In this document: positions 52,818-63,312 of the stretch, one piece after another
Layout of the letters: each line of letters opens with the position of its first letter
Position numbering within the stretch: position 1 is the first letter of the stretch
NCBI GenBank assembly: GCA_950097015.1
Contig: CATNEN010000029.1
Span: forward strand, 3,286,001 to 3,350,000
From: Macrostomum hystrix
Taxonomy: Eukaryota; Animalia; Platyhelminthes
DNA: 64,000 nt
Direction of reading: 5' to 3'
Notes under the pieces: generated by a model
The model's input: the letters and a program-made list of their open reading frames with translations, nothing else
Databases searched by the model: none
Told to the model about the DNA's origin: nothing
Made by a program: the position numbers and the translations under genes

Positions 52818-55800
52818 ATGAGTAAACAACACCACTGTGTATTCTGTGATTATGTGTCTGGAGCATCACAAAATAGTGAAACAATAGTTTACAAGGTAAG
52901 CTAGGCCTACAGACTAGGCCTATGCCTATATAGCTAACTAGTTTTTGTACCTTTACTTGCCCTATGCTAAATTTATATTATTAGGGGGAGCAGAGCAGTT
53001 AACATTTTTGCTTTGCTTCTTGCGCCAAAGTCTCTGAGCTTAATTCCTTGGCAAGGCCACATTCATTTTGCGTGCGACCAGCTGTGGAGAGAAGACTTAG
53101 GGGCTTGTTGTGCAATTTAGATCCTTGAGGGCCAATCTCCAAATCACAGTGAAAGTGTACACTGCCTGACAATGAGAAAGTTAAGACAGATATACATACC
53201 TGTATGAGGGTCCCAGGTCATTTCGGTGACAAGACATTTTGGTGACAGTCATTTCGGTGACACAATTGGTCAGATTGGTGACAACTATTTTTGCACCTAA
53301 ATATGCTAAAAAACTGCCTTCCATTTTAACTATGCACACATATAAAATATTAATTAAATAATGCTAAAAGTATTAATAAGAAGCTGCATCGCTATGTTAA
53401 AGTCTGGGTTTTACTTTAAATGAGTTAAATTATTAAATTATTTAATGAGTAGGCCCTAGTCAATAGTTTCAATAGTTATTTGTTCCTAATTAAATGTGTA
53501 TAATAAACATTTTTCAAGTTTTGGATTGACAAGGCGAGTGCAGGCTTTAAGCAGCTGCTGGATCGTGGAAGGCTGTTTTCTTAGCATATTTAGGTGCAAA
53601 AATAGTTGTCACCGAACTGACCAATTCTGTCACCGAAATGACTGTCACCGAAATGTCTTGTCACCGAAATGACCTGGGACCCTGTATGAGCATGCAATGC
53701 ACCTACACAATATGTCAATATAGTATGGATATGTGCTTAGGAGTCAGCAAAATGGGCAGAATTGCCTCCTTCTGTTTTCATATGTGACTTTTGTTCTAAC
53801 ATATCTTTATCTATAAGCAAGCAATATATATACATAGAAACTTGCTGTCTATTATTATTAATCTATAATATTTGAACTGTTTTATTCTTCATACCAATTT
53901 ATCAGAGAATTTTTTATCTAAAGTAGGTTTCTGTATTGTTTTTTTAATTTGGCTAGCTTGTCTCTGACTATTTAATAGACCTAGGTCTTACTAGCTATTT
54001 ATTTGTTTAGCAATTGCTAGACAAGTAGGTATGTGTATAGGCATACATGCGTAACCTCCCAAATCTTAGCCGGCCGTGCGACTTAGTTTTTGCTCTCATT
54101 TGCGACTTAGTTCATTTCATTGCTATATTTACGACTTAGTTTGCTCTCATTTGCTCTCTTTTTTTCTCCCCTTTTTCCTTTTCTTCACGCCTTCCTTTTT
54201 TGTCCCTTGGTCCCCCCTTTGATTTTTTTGTGCTTGGTCTATTGGTTTTTGCGACTTACCTTGCTTGGCCCTCGTTTCACCCGGCCGGTTCGGCTGGGTC
54301 GGCTGGGTGTTGCGCATGTATGTGTATAGGCCCTATATAGGTGTGAGGACCCTAGGCCTATATATAATATATTAGCAAAAAAGTATTCATATCAGAATGA
54401 AAATGCTAGCTACCAAAATCATTTATGCCTAGCCTATCTAGTATAAAAGGGTAGCTAGTTAACAGTCACTCTAGTTAACAGTAAAAATAGATGCATGTAT
54501 ATTTATTCCCTATTGGAGCCAATAGAGGTTTTTGCAGACAGCGTCTGGCACGCTAGTGAAAAATTAGCTGCGCAGCTGCGCAGAAAGAAATTCCTGTCCG
54601 CACGGCTGCACTTTGTGTGTGTAAAGTTGTTGGAAGTATGTAGATGTATAACAAACAGTGCGCCCTTGTGCCCCTACAAGAATACATGCTCCGCAGTGCC
54701 TGAGTGTGAAAAGACAACCTTAGCTGTTCTAATTATAGAAATACACTATGGAGATAAAAAAGGTCATTTGGCAAATGCGTCCATATTTTTGCGAAATCAC
54801 CACGTATCTGTTCTATTTTTAGAAATACACTACGGAGATCAAAAAAGGTCTTTTGACATTTTTTTGTGAAATCAATTACTACATTGAGTCAGACTGAAGA
54901 TATATAGCAATTGCAGATTTGCACTATTTTTCTTGAAAACAACTGCGCACCTGCGCGCCTAGCCGGAGTGTCCGCAGCTTTTTTAAATTCGCTCCATTAG
55001 GGTATTTATTAGCAATAGCAAGATGACCAATAGCACTCTCTCTTACCACTGTCAACACAACTTGCAGTGCCCATCCACTAAATTTAATGAATTCAATAAA
55101 CTATGCTGCTGTTATTATATAGCTATTTTGATTTGGTAGATTATTAAATATTCAAATGTTTCACACTCAACAGACTGAGGAGTTGATTGTGTTTCGGGAT
55201 ATCCGGCCAGCTGCAAAGCATCATCTGTTGGCCTGTCCAACTAGGCACATACCAGATGCCAAGCATTTGACTAAGGCTGACTCAGCAATGCTAGAGGCTT
55301 TAGTTGAAGCTGGGCTTGGCGCTATTGAAAAGCTTGGTGGAAAACAAGAGGATACAAGGTGAGATTCTAATTAGGCACCCATAAGATGTGTTTCATTGAC
55401 AATTGTTAGCAAGTTTTTATTTCAAAAAGGTTAAACACAATTTGCATGCAGAATTGGAATTCACTGGCCTCCATTTTGCATTGTGAAGCACTTTCACATT
55501 CACCTAATTTGGCCCGAGTCGGACATGTCCTGGCTGTCAAGAATCATCTTTCGACCAAATTCTTATTGGTTCTGCACAGTGAGCTTGCTCAGATTTTCTA
55601 AAATGCATTTGTACTCCTCAACTCCTGAGTCATTCTCCTCGAAACCCACCTAATCCTCCTCGACACCCACCTCATCCTCCTTGAACCCACCTCATCCCCC
55701 TTGACACCCACATCACCCCCTTGACACCCACCTCATCCCCCTTGACGCCCACCTCATCCTCAATGAGACCTCTTTCTTATTAGCACGCATATTTTCCTCA

Positions 55801-56039
55801 ATGACATCCACCCCATCCTCATTAACACCCACCTCATCCTCGATGGCACCCACTTAATTCTCCGTAGCACCTTTACAACAGCCTACCTAATTCTCATCGG
55901 CACCTACACTCGCCTTGCCTGTTCATAAAAGCAAATTTATTGTCAGTATATTATCGAGTTCTTTATTTGAATTGTTTATTTGAATTTTTAATTTCAGGTG
56001 CCCAGTGTGTTGGACTATCTGAAGACTTTACCCGAATAA
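52818..56039 (+). CDS. HINT3: histidine triad nucleotide-binding protein 3; exons 52818..52895, 55174..55358, 55452..55578, 55998..56039; 143 aa
   Basis: CVFC, VFRDIRPAAKHHLL..P.RHI, IGIHWPPFC, HIT motif HFHIHL and RPNSYWF match HINT3 from recall. Four exons join in frame; AATAAA at ~56175. Confidence 0.92.
52985..53770 (+). mobile_element. SINE family 2 copy split by a MITE
   Basis: Family 2 head and body to 53208; the body resumes after 53690 (GGAGTCAGCAAAATGGGCAGAATTGCCTCC). Confidence 0.8.
53209..53681. mobile_element. non-autonomous foldback/Mutator-like MITE
   Basis: ~115-bp TIRs GGTCCCAGGTCATTTCGGTGACAAGACATTT... with internal GGTGACA repeats; 9-bp TSD CTGTATGAG (53200-53208 and 53682-53690). 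Confidence 0.88.
54042..54322. mobile_element. small hAT-like MITE
   Basis: TIR CATACATGCGTAAC / GTTGCGCATGTATG (13/14 match); 8-bp TSD TGTATAGG (54034-54041 and 54323-54330); internal GCGACTTAG repeats. Confidence 0.75.
54508..55002. mobile_element. piggyBac-like MITE with TATT flanks
   Basis: TIR CCCTATTGGAGCCAAT / ATTCGCTCCATTAGGG (14/16 match); TATT on both sides (54504-54507 and 55003-55006); subterminal CTGCGCA.CTGCGC..GTCCGCA repeats at both ends. Confidence 0.55.
55625..55880. repeat. degenerate 21-bp minisatellite (HINT3 intron 3)
   Basis: Unit TTGACACCCACCTCATCCCCC. Confidence 0.8.
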
Positions 56040-56274
56040 CCTGAATCAGCACTTCATCAATGTGTATTGATTGACCTTATCAGATGTACATTTGTAACAC
56101 CACCCATAAGTAGTAATTTAGAATTCGTATTTTTCTTTCTAATTGAAGTTACTGTTGCGATGAAATTGTGAAAATAAATAAATCTGAATGTAAATATTTT
56201 TTCTTGTTGGTGTGGTGATTAAAGCTGAAGTCTTTTATGCTTTTTATTATGTTCTATTAATTTGTTTTCTTTCG

Positions 56275-56755
56275 CCCACCCCATCCTTACTGACACCCAC
56301 CCCATCCTATCTGACACCCACCCCATCCTTACTGACACCCACCCCATCCTTACTGACACCCACCCCATCCTATCTGACACCCACCCCATCCTTACTGACA
56401 CCCACCCCATCCTATCTGACACCCACCCCATCCTTACTGACACCCACCCTCATCCTTACTGACACCCAGCCCATCCTATCTGACACCCACCCCATCCTTA
56501 CTGACGCCCACCCCATCCTATCTGACACCCACCCCATCCTTACTGACACCCACCCTATCCTATCTGACACCCACCCCACCCTTACTGACACCCACCCCAT
56601 CCTATCTGACACCCACCCCATCCTTACTGACACCCACCCCATCCTATCTGACACCCACCCCATCCTTACTGACACCCACCCCATCCTATCTGACACCCAC
56701 CCCATCCTTACTGACACCCACCCCATCCTTACTGACACCCACCCCATCCTTACTA
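56275..56755. repeat. 21-bp C-rich minisatellite
   Basis: Unit CACCCACCCCATCCTTACTGA / ...CTATCTGA. Confidence 0.95.
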
Positions 56756-56980
56756 AAACCAACTCTCTGTTTTCAGTTCTGGCCAATCAAAATAAAGTCA
56801 ATTCTAAAAAGCCACCCAGAAACAAAATGTCTGGCGACTTCGAAATTTGCGAATTTACCTGGTCCCTGGACCCTTTCTTTTTTCGTCCACTGTCCTGACA
56901 GCTGCTACAGACAGTGAGGTGGAGAAGTGCTCAGAGGCGCCCCAGTCTGCGCAGTAGGGCGAAGACTTGCTCAGGATGTT

Positions 56981-57388
56981 TCAGGACCTCGTCCCAGTTG
57001 GCATAGCGAAGCGGATACCGTCGCCGCGCGGGCACTCGAAAAGACTGTGGTATTTTGTTTCGAGCTTGCCACAGTCGCGTTCGAGCGAGTCGTCAGTGAG
57101 GCGGAGACGATGGCGCAGGGACTGGTGCGCCAGCACGGCCCCAGCACCTTTGAGGTCTAGGGCGGCTCTCGCATTTCGAAGGGCAGCCTTAGCAGCTTGG
57201 AATGAGATAGGCTTGTCATGCCGATGTTCCAGGCGTGCGTGGTCTGCGGCCCAGCAGCCTGCGTCGTAGTAACGTCGCCAATTGCGACGGCGACGATGAA
57301 GGCCCGACGAAACCAACGCCTCCCAGTGGCAGCTTCGACGCCGACTTTGATCAGGGCCCGCCGACAGCCTGACGATCTCGTCAGCGTG
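56981..57388 (-). CDS. putative protein of unknown function (135 codons plus stop from the acceptor; possible upstream exon 57812..57744)
   Basis: GC-rich island with many C/G-ending codons. Acceptor TTTTTATTCAAACTAG|57388 in phase 0; reads HADEIVRLSAG...WRRYYDAGCW...LERDCGKLETKY. No family recognised. Confidence 0.45.
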   Translation of the reverse strand, partial: HADEIVRLSAGPDQSRRRSCHWEALVSSGLHRRRRNWRRYYDAGCWAADHARLEHRHDKPISFQAAKAALRNARAALDLKGAGAVLAHQSLRHRLRLTDDSLERDCGKLETKYHSLFECPRGDGIRFAMPTGTRS

Positions 57389-57844
57389 CTAGTTTGAATA
57401 AAAACTGAGGTCGCATTGTTACGGTTCTTAATCGAATTAACTTGTTCGGTTAATTTCTTCGCAGCTAGTTTAAATAGATTCCGAAAATAAATATTTGCTT
57501 TTTGCATTTTTAGGACCAATTACCTCTTTCCGTTTACACCTAACCAATCTACCCACCCAGTGAAGCTCATTGTGATTTGCTGCTAGCATATTTATATTAA
57601 GCTACTATTGCATTAGCCTCTCTTGAAAATCTTGATACATTTATGTTTCAATTTGCGTTTCTTGAATATAAAGTCAAGGTGTGCATTATTTTTTCTTTGT
57701 TAAAGATAAGTAAGCCTTTTATTAATTTTTACGCTAAACTCACGATAGTCCTAAAATAAATGTTTGCAGCTGCCATTAATAAGAAGCATCGCTGCTTTGA
57801 TCTCCTTGACATTCTTTTCTCTAGCGATTCGCTGTTTCAGATAC

Positions 57845-58590
57845 GATGGAAGCAGCTGAAGATACGGTTATTAGGGACACTGGAAGCAGCAAAATATACA
57901 GTTGTTAGGGACAATAGAAGCAGCTGAAGATACAGTTGTTAGGGACAATAGAAGCAGCTGAAGATATGGTTGTTAGGGACAATAGAAGCAGCTGAAGATA
58001 TGGTTGTTAGGGACACTGGAAGCAGCTGAAAATACGGTTGTTAGGGACAATAGAAGCAGCTGAAGATACGGTTGTTAGGGACAATAGAAGCAGCTGAAGA
58101 TACGGTTGTTAGGGACAATAGTAGCAGCTGAAGATACGGTCGTTAGGGACAATAGAAGCAGCTGAAGATACGGTTGTTAGGGACAATAGTAGCAGCTGAA
58201 GATACGGTTGTTAGGGACAATAGAAGCAGCTGAAGATACGGTTGTTAGGACAATAGAAGCAGCTGAAAATACGGTTGTTAGGGACAATAGAAGCAGCTGA
58301 AGATACGGTTGTTAGGGACAATAGAAGCAGCTGAAGATACGGTTGTTAGGGACAATAGTAGCAGCTGAAGATACGGTTGTTAGGGACAATAGAAGCAGCT
58401 GAAGATACGGTTGTTAGGGACAATAGTAGCAGCTGAAGATACGGTTGTTAGGGACAATAGAAGCAGCTGAAGATACGGTTGTTAGGGACAATAGAAGCAG
58501 CTGAAGATACGGTTGTTAGGGACAATAGAAGCAGCTGAAGATACGGTTGTTAGGGACAATAGAAGCAGCTGAAGATACGGTTGTTAGGGT
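57845..58590. repeat. 34-bp minisatellite
   Basis: Unit GAAGCAGCTGAAGATACGGTTGTTAGGGACAATA, about 21 copies. Confidence 0.96.
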
Positions 58591-58724
58591 CTATGAAAAA
58601 ATGATATGGTTGCTAGAGACTGTTCTGACAAGCGATTCGGTTACTCAAAGGGATTTCTAAGTTGCCCAGCAAATTCCAAATTTCGTTTGCTAAGTAAGCC
58701 AAAGAATGTCTAATTCATTTCTAG

Positions 58725-59132
58725 GCCTTTAATAGCTCCTCCTTGGAGAACGCAGCCGCGCCGTCAGAAGATCCAACTAGCGACATTAGCATCGGCGGCG
58801 GTACAGGCGCCAGCTACGCCAGCATCTGGTGGTCTGTGTTCCTCTGGACCGGCCTTCTATCGCTTGGTCTGCATCTCATCGGTTTGGCCATCGCCGCCGT
58901 TCGACTGCGCGGCCATCCAGTTGGTCGTCTTTCCCCAATTTTATTCAGCGGCGGCCTGCTCTACAGCCTGCCCGGACACGCTGTCAGCAGCCTCTGCGTT
59001 GCCTTCGTGTACTATTCGGCCAGCCTGCTCGGGCATAGCTTCTTTACTTATCACCACGCTGCTGGCTGGGGCGTTCTGCTCAATCTAGTCTCAGCCGTGC
59101 TACCTTTCTCCGGTCTCACCTCTGTGCTGTGA
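58725..59132 (+). CDS. TMEM170: transmembrane protein 170 family; no ATG in the ORF
   Basis: IWWSVFLWTGLLSLGLHL...LRGHPVGR...SSLCVAFVYYSA parallels TMEM170A (MWYGVFLWALVSSLFFH..LRHHKYGR..TSAAIAGVYRAA, from recall). The frame opens right after TTCATTTCTAG at 58724. Confidence 0.85.
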   Translation, partial: AFNSSSLENAAAPSEDPTSDISIGGGTGASYASIWWSVFLWTGLLSLGLHLIGLAIAAVRLRGHPVGRLSPILFSGGLLYSLPGHAVSSLCVAFVYYSASLLGHSFFTYHHAAGWGVLLNLVSAVLPFSGLTSVL

Positions 59133-59257
59133 TACCTGGGTTCGAGCTTCGAAGAAATCTTCATTCGAGATAGCTTCCCCGTTCTCCCCCTAGCCAACCA
59201 CCCCCTCCGCCTCGCCACCAACACCATCTTACAACTTGCCGAACTCACACTCCATTA

Positions 59258-59375
59258 TCCGCCTCGTCAACCACCCCTATCTCCGCCTCGACAACCACCC
59301 CTATCTCCGCCTCGACAACCACCCCATCCACCGCCTCGACAACCACCCCATCCACCGCCTCGCCACCAACCCCAT
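59258..59375. repeat. 24-bp repeat just upstream of the TELO2 ATG
   Basis: About 5 copies of CCGCCTCGACAACCACCCCTATCT. Confidence 0.85.
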
Positions 59376-59410
59376 CCGTCGTCTCGCCGCTCGCCGATTC
59401 CAATCGCCCT

Positions 59411-62400
59411 ATGGATCCGTTGTGTCGCCGAGTCCTCAACTGCTCAGGCAGTCCGCTAGCCGAGCTCGATTTGTTGCTAGCCGATCCCGACACCCGGCCG
59501 GTGCTACTCGGACACGCCGGCGGCGCTCTGCTTCAAGCGGCCGTTGACTCGCTCGCCAATCCAGACTCCGCCGGCCGCCTGTCTTGCCTAACCGACGTGG
59601 CGGAACGCCTAGTCGACTCGCTGCCTCCGGCCGTGTCATTGGCCGCGTTGCTCTCCCGTTGGCGCGCATGTCAGCACGGCCGACCGCTGGCCGCTGTCGT
59701 CCGCCTGACGATCCGATTCCTAACTGGCGACCGTCCAGCCGGCTTCCTGCTGTCCGGTGGCGCGGATGCGGCCGAGGACGATGCCGTGTCGCGCTGGCTG
59801 ACCAACCTTCCGACAGTTGCGGCCAACCGACTGGCCTCTGAACTGCCAGCTGTTGAAATGCCTGACCTGCTGACTCGCTCGACTCTGGGCCGCCTGCTGT
59901 CCGGCCGCCTAGTCGACTGCCTTGCCAAGGGTGCCGACCCGAACCGCTGCGCCCGCCTGGCCGGCCTGCTCTGCTTGGACGGCCAGTCCGCCAGCTTCTG
60001 GACGTCGGTAGCCGACTATTCCACTGTCGGTCGTACGCCGGTGCGGCTGCCCGATGGCGCCGTAGCTCGCCTGCTGAATGTGGCGCAGCCGGCTCACCTG
60101 GAAAGCCTTCTGGTTTGGCCGCTAGCCAATTGTTCCAACTTTGCCGCACTGCGCAATTACTTAGGTCGCAATCTGGTTGCTAAGGACGCAGCAGCATCGG
60201 CGCGTTTGCTGCTAAGCGACAAATTGCTGTTTGTGCGAAAGTTTAATAACAGCCTTGCAGCTAGAAATATTGCCAGGTGATTTTACAGCTCGTTTTGTCG
60301 ACAGCTCAAAGAAATCCACAGTTCCATATATGGATCCTCTAATTCTGCTCGAGCTTAAAAAATAATTTTCTCTAACATACGATCGTATTACGCCACAGAT
60401 ACTCGAATAAAAATGAAAATAATTGCAGAAGGGCTGTGGGCAATGACACATCATTTGGTGACACTAGACCCATCCTCCCCCTAGCCAACTACCCATCCTC
60501 CCCCTAGCCAACTACCCATCCTCCCCCTAGCCAACTACCCATCCTCCCCCTAGCCAACTACCCATCCTCCCCTAGCCAACTACCCTTGGTTGGTAGTCAG
60601 CGTCAGCTGTCAGCGAGGAGTCAATTCTGCCTATTTCGCTGACTCCTGAGCACTCACGCACACAGATACGCAGGCATACGCTCACATCTCATCGTCAGGC
60701 AGTGTACACTATCACTGTGCCTTGGAAGTTGGTCCTCAATGGCTTAAATGGTACGACAAGCCCCCAAGCCTTCTGTCCGCGGCTGCGCTCTAAATAAATG
60801 TGGCCTCGCCGCGGAATCGAGCTCAGGGACCTTGGTGCGAGAGGCAAACACGTTAACCGCTCTGCCACTCACATTCTGCCAGAGATCCTAGAAGCGAACC
60901 CGTTAACCGCTCTGCCACTCACATTCTGCCAGAGATCCTAGAAGCAAACCCGTTAACCGCTCTGCCACTCACATTCTGCCAGAGATCCTAGAAGCAAACA
61001 CGTTAACCGCTCTGCCACTCACATTCTGCCAGAGATCCTAGAAGCAAACCCGTTAACCGCTCTGCCACTCACATTCTGCCAGAGATCCTAGAAGCAAACC
61101 AGTTAACCGCTCTGCCACTCACATTCTGCCAGAGATCCTAGAAGCAAACCAGTTAACCGCTCTGCCACTCACATTCTGCCATCTGCCAGAGATCCTAGAA
61201 GCAAACCAGTTAACCGCTCTGCCACTCACATTCTGCCAGAGATCCTAGAAGCAAACACGTTAACCGCTCTGCCACTCACATTCTGCCAGAGATCCTAGAA
61301 GCAAACACGTTAACCGCTCTGCCACTCACATTCTGCCAGAGATCCTAGAAGCAAACACGTTAACCGCTCTGCCACTCACATTCTGCCAGAGATCCTAGAT
61401 TTCGTTTAATTCAAGTTTTAAAACGTCCTTTGAAAATGCACTCATTATCTTAAGAATCCCCAATTTTTGTAAACAAATTCCCAATTGTGTGCACGAATCC
61501 TCACTTTTCATACACGAAGTTCCACTTTTCAAACACAAATATCCATTTCTCATACAAGAATTCCGACTTTTCATCCAGGAATCCCCACTTTTCATGCACG
61601 AATCCATACTTTTCGCTGTAAAATCCCCATTACAGATATCTACACTGGGCGGACTGGGCACTCTTCAGCCGGACGCTTCTAGAAGCCGGCCGGGTCTGGT
61701 CCCAACCGGCGGTAGTCAGATCCAACGGCATTGAACAGCACCGGCACATCACCTGGTTCTTGGTTGTGGGGGCTCGCCTATTGGCCTCCGATGACACTGA
61801 ACAATCTAAGTCTGTGCGCAACCAATTAGTCACAATTCTTGTGCCGGGCATCGCTGCTCACTTTGAGCACAATGTGGACGCATTTCGCGACATTGGCACA
61901 GCAACCGGGGAGGTGGTCACCGATCTTTTGAGAGTCGGCGACGATTCTACGAACCAGGATGATCGAAGGCTGAAGTTTGATCTGCCCAGCTGTCCAGATT
62001 CGGATCTGATCTGGCGACTGGCCTATGCTTCTTTAGACTTTGCCGAAGATGATGTTTCGTTGCTAGGGACGCCAGTTAATGCAAACTATCCGTTGTCAAG
62101 GGCGCCAAAAGATTCGCAGAATCCTTCGCTAGAATTGGAAGGCGAGAAGAAAATGTCAGATTTAGCGCCAGTTGAACCGCTGGACTCCGACGATGACGAA
62201 GATGATGAAGATTTGCGCCCAATCACGGCTTCCCTAGCAACGGACGGTCCTGCGCCGGACCCTAATCGGCCCCGCTATATTCGTCAGCTATTGGAGGGTC
62301 TGCGATCTACAGCGCCAGAGGAGCGGGACAAACTGCTCGCCAGTCTGGGCGCGGCGCGCCAGCTCATCGCCGAGCACCCGGGCGCCGTACGCGAGCTCAG

Positions 62401-63312
62401 CCTCGACTTGGCCAATGCGCTGCTCAATCTCAACGCCGACAGTGACGACGCTGTTGAACGCTTCGCCGAGAAACGAATGGCCGCTTTAACTGAACTTGTG
62501 TGCACCGATCCGGGCTCGGTAGCAACCTATCTGGCCAATCAGGTGTTCCTGCCAGAGTACTGCACCAGTCAGCGGTTGGACGCCTTGTTTGCGCTGCAGA
62601 CGGCGGCTCTGGCGCTCAGTAAATCCAAGCCGCCAATCGTTGCCGACAATGCGGAGGCTCCGCGCCAGACCGTCGGTCGGGTGACGCGGCGCTGGGGCCG
62701 GCGAGTACAGCCGGAGTCAGCCGCCTCGGCGAATGCCTTCAGCCGGCACGCCGGCGCTTTCTTCTTTGGCCTGGCGCGTGGCGTCGACACCCAGGCCAAG
62801 CATCTAGACTTGGCCGGGTCGGACTTTGCAGTTCTGTGCCGGCTGCTTTACACTCTCGGCGTTGTGTACTTCTGCTCAGAGAACGCACCTGGCCAGGTGA
62901 ATCTCAGATCCTATTGCATTTTGAGTGCATAGATGTAGATAAATGTAGATGTAGATAAATAGATATAGATGTAGATTGGTAGATAAGAGTGCAACATTTC
63001 TCCCCTGGACAGTCTCGCATGCTGGCCACGCTAGCCGAGCTGCTGCCTTCAATTTCGCGACACCCGGAAGCGCCGGTGCGTCGCGGCGCTCTGTTCTGCT
63101 ACGCCTGTCTAGGCTTGGCCACGCCGGTTACCATGACAACAGAGCTAGCCGCAATCACAACATCCGTTGGTAGAGACTTATTCGATTCCATTGATAATGA
63201 GCCGGATGCGGAGTGCCGGGAATTGGCAGCCAGTGCTGGCCGCCTGTTGGCCGGCCGACTGTCCGAGGCCTGGCGACTGGCGCTGTCTCCGGCTGAGGAT
63301 GATTATTCATAA
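59411..63312 (+). CDS. TELO2: telomere length regulation protein TEL2 (TTT co-chaperone); exons 59411..60276, 61636..62896, 63013..63312; 808 aa
   Basis: Acidic CK2/PIH1D1-type LDSDDDE motif, PRYIRQLLEGL, TELVCTDP, QRLDALFALQTAA, NAFSRHAGAFFFGL and HPEAPVRRGALF match Tel2 from recall. Introns are phase 2 and phase 0, GT-AG. Confidence 0.92.
60452..60872 (-). mobile_element. SINE family 2 copy in TELO2 intron 1, containing a 23-bp repeat insert (60470-60585)
   Basis: Reverse complement of the family 2 head, body and tail; insert unit CTAGCCAACTACCCATCCTCCCC. Confidence 0.85.
60852..61399. repeat. 50-bp minisatellite, 11 copies, built from the SINE 5' end plus flank
   Basis: Unit GTTAACCGCTCTGCCACTCACATTCTGCCAGAGATCCTAGAAGCAAACMC. 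Confidence 0.95.
61440..61625. repeat. degenerate 21-bp repeat
   Basis: AATCCCCACTTTTCATGCACG-like units ending at the TELO2 exon 2 acceptor. Confidence 0.7.

Noticed and set aside
56981-57388. Assigning the orphan ORF to RNASEH2C or MRPS21
   Set aside because: Only scattered motif resemblance (DDSLERD; GL..RRYY). The conserved SFRGR motif of RNase H2 subunit C is absent, so it is left unnamed.
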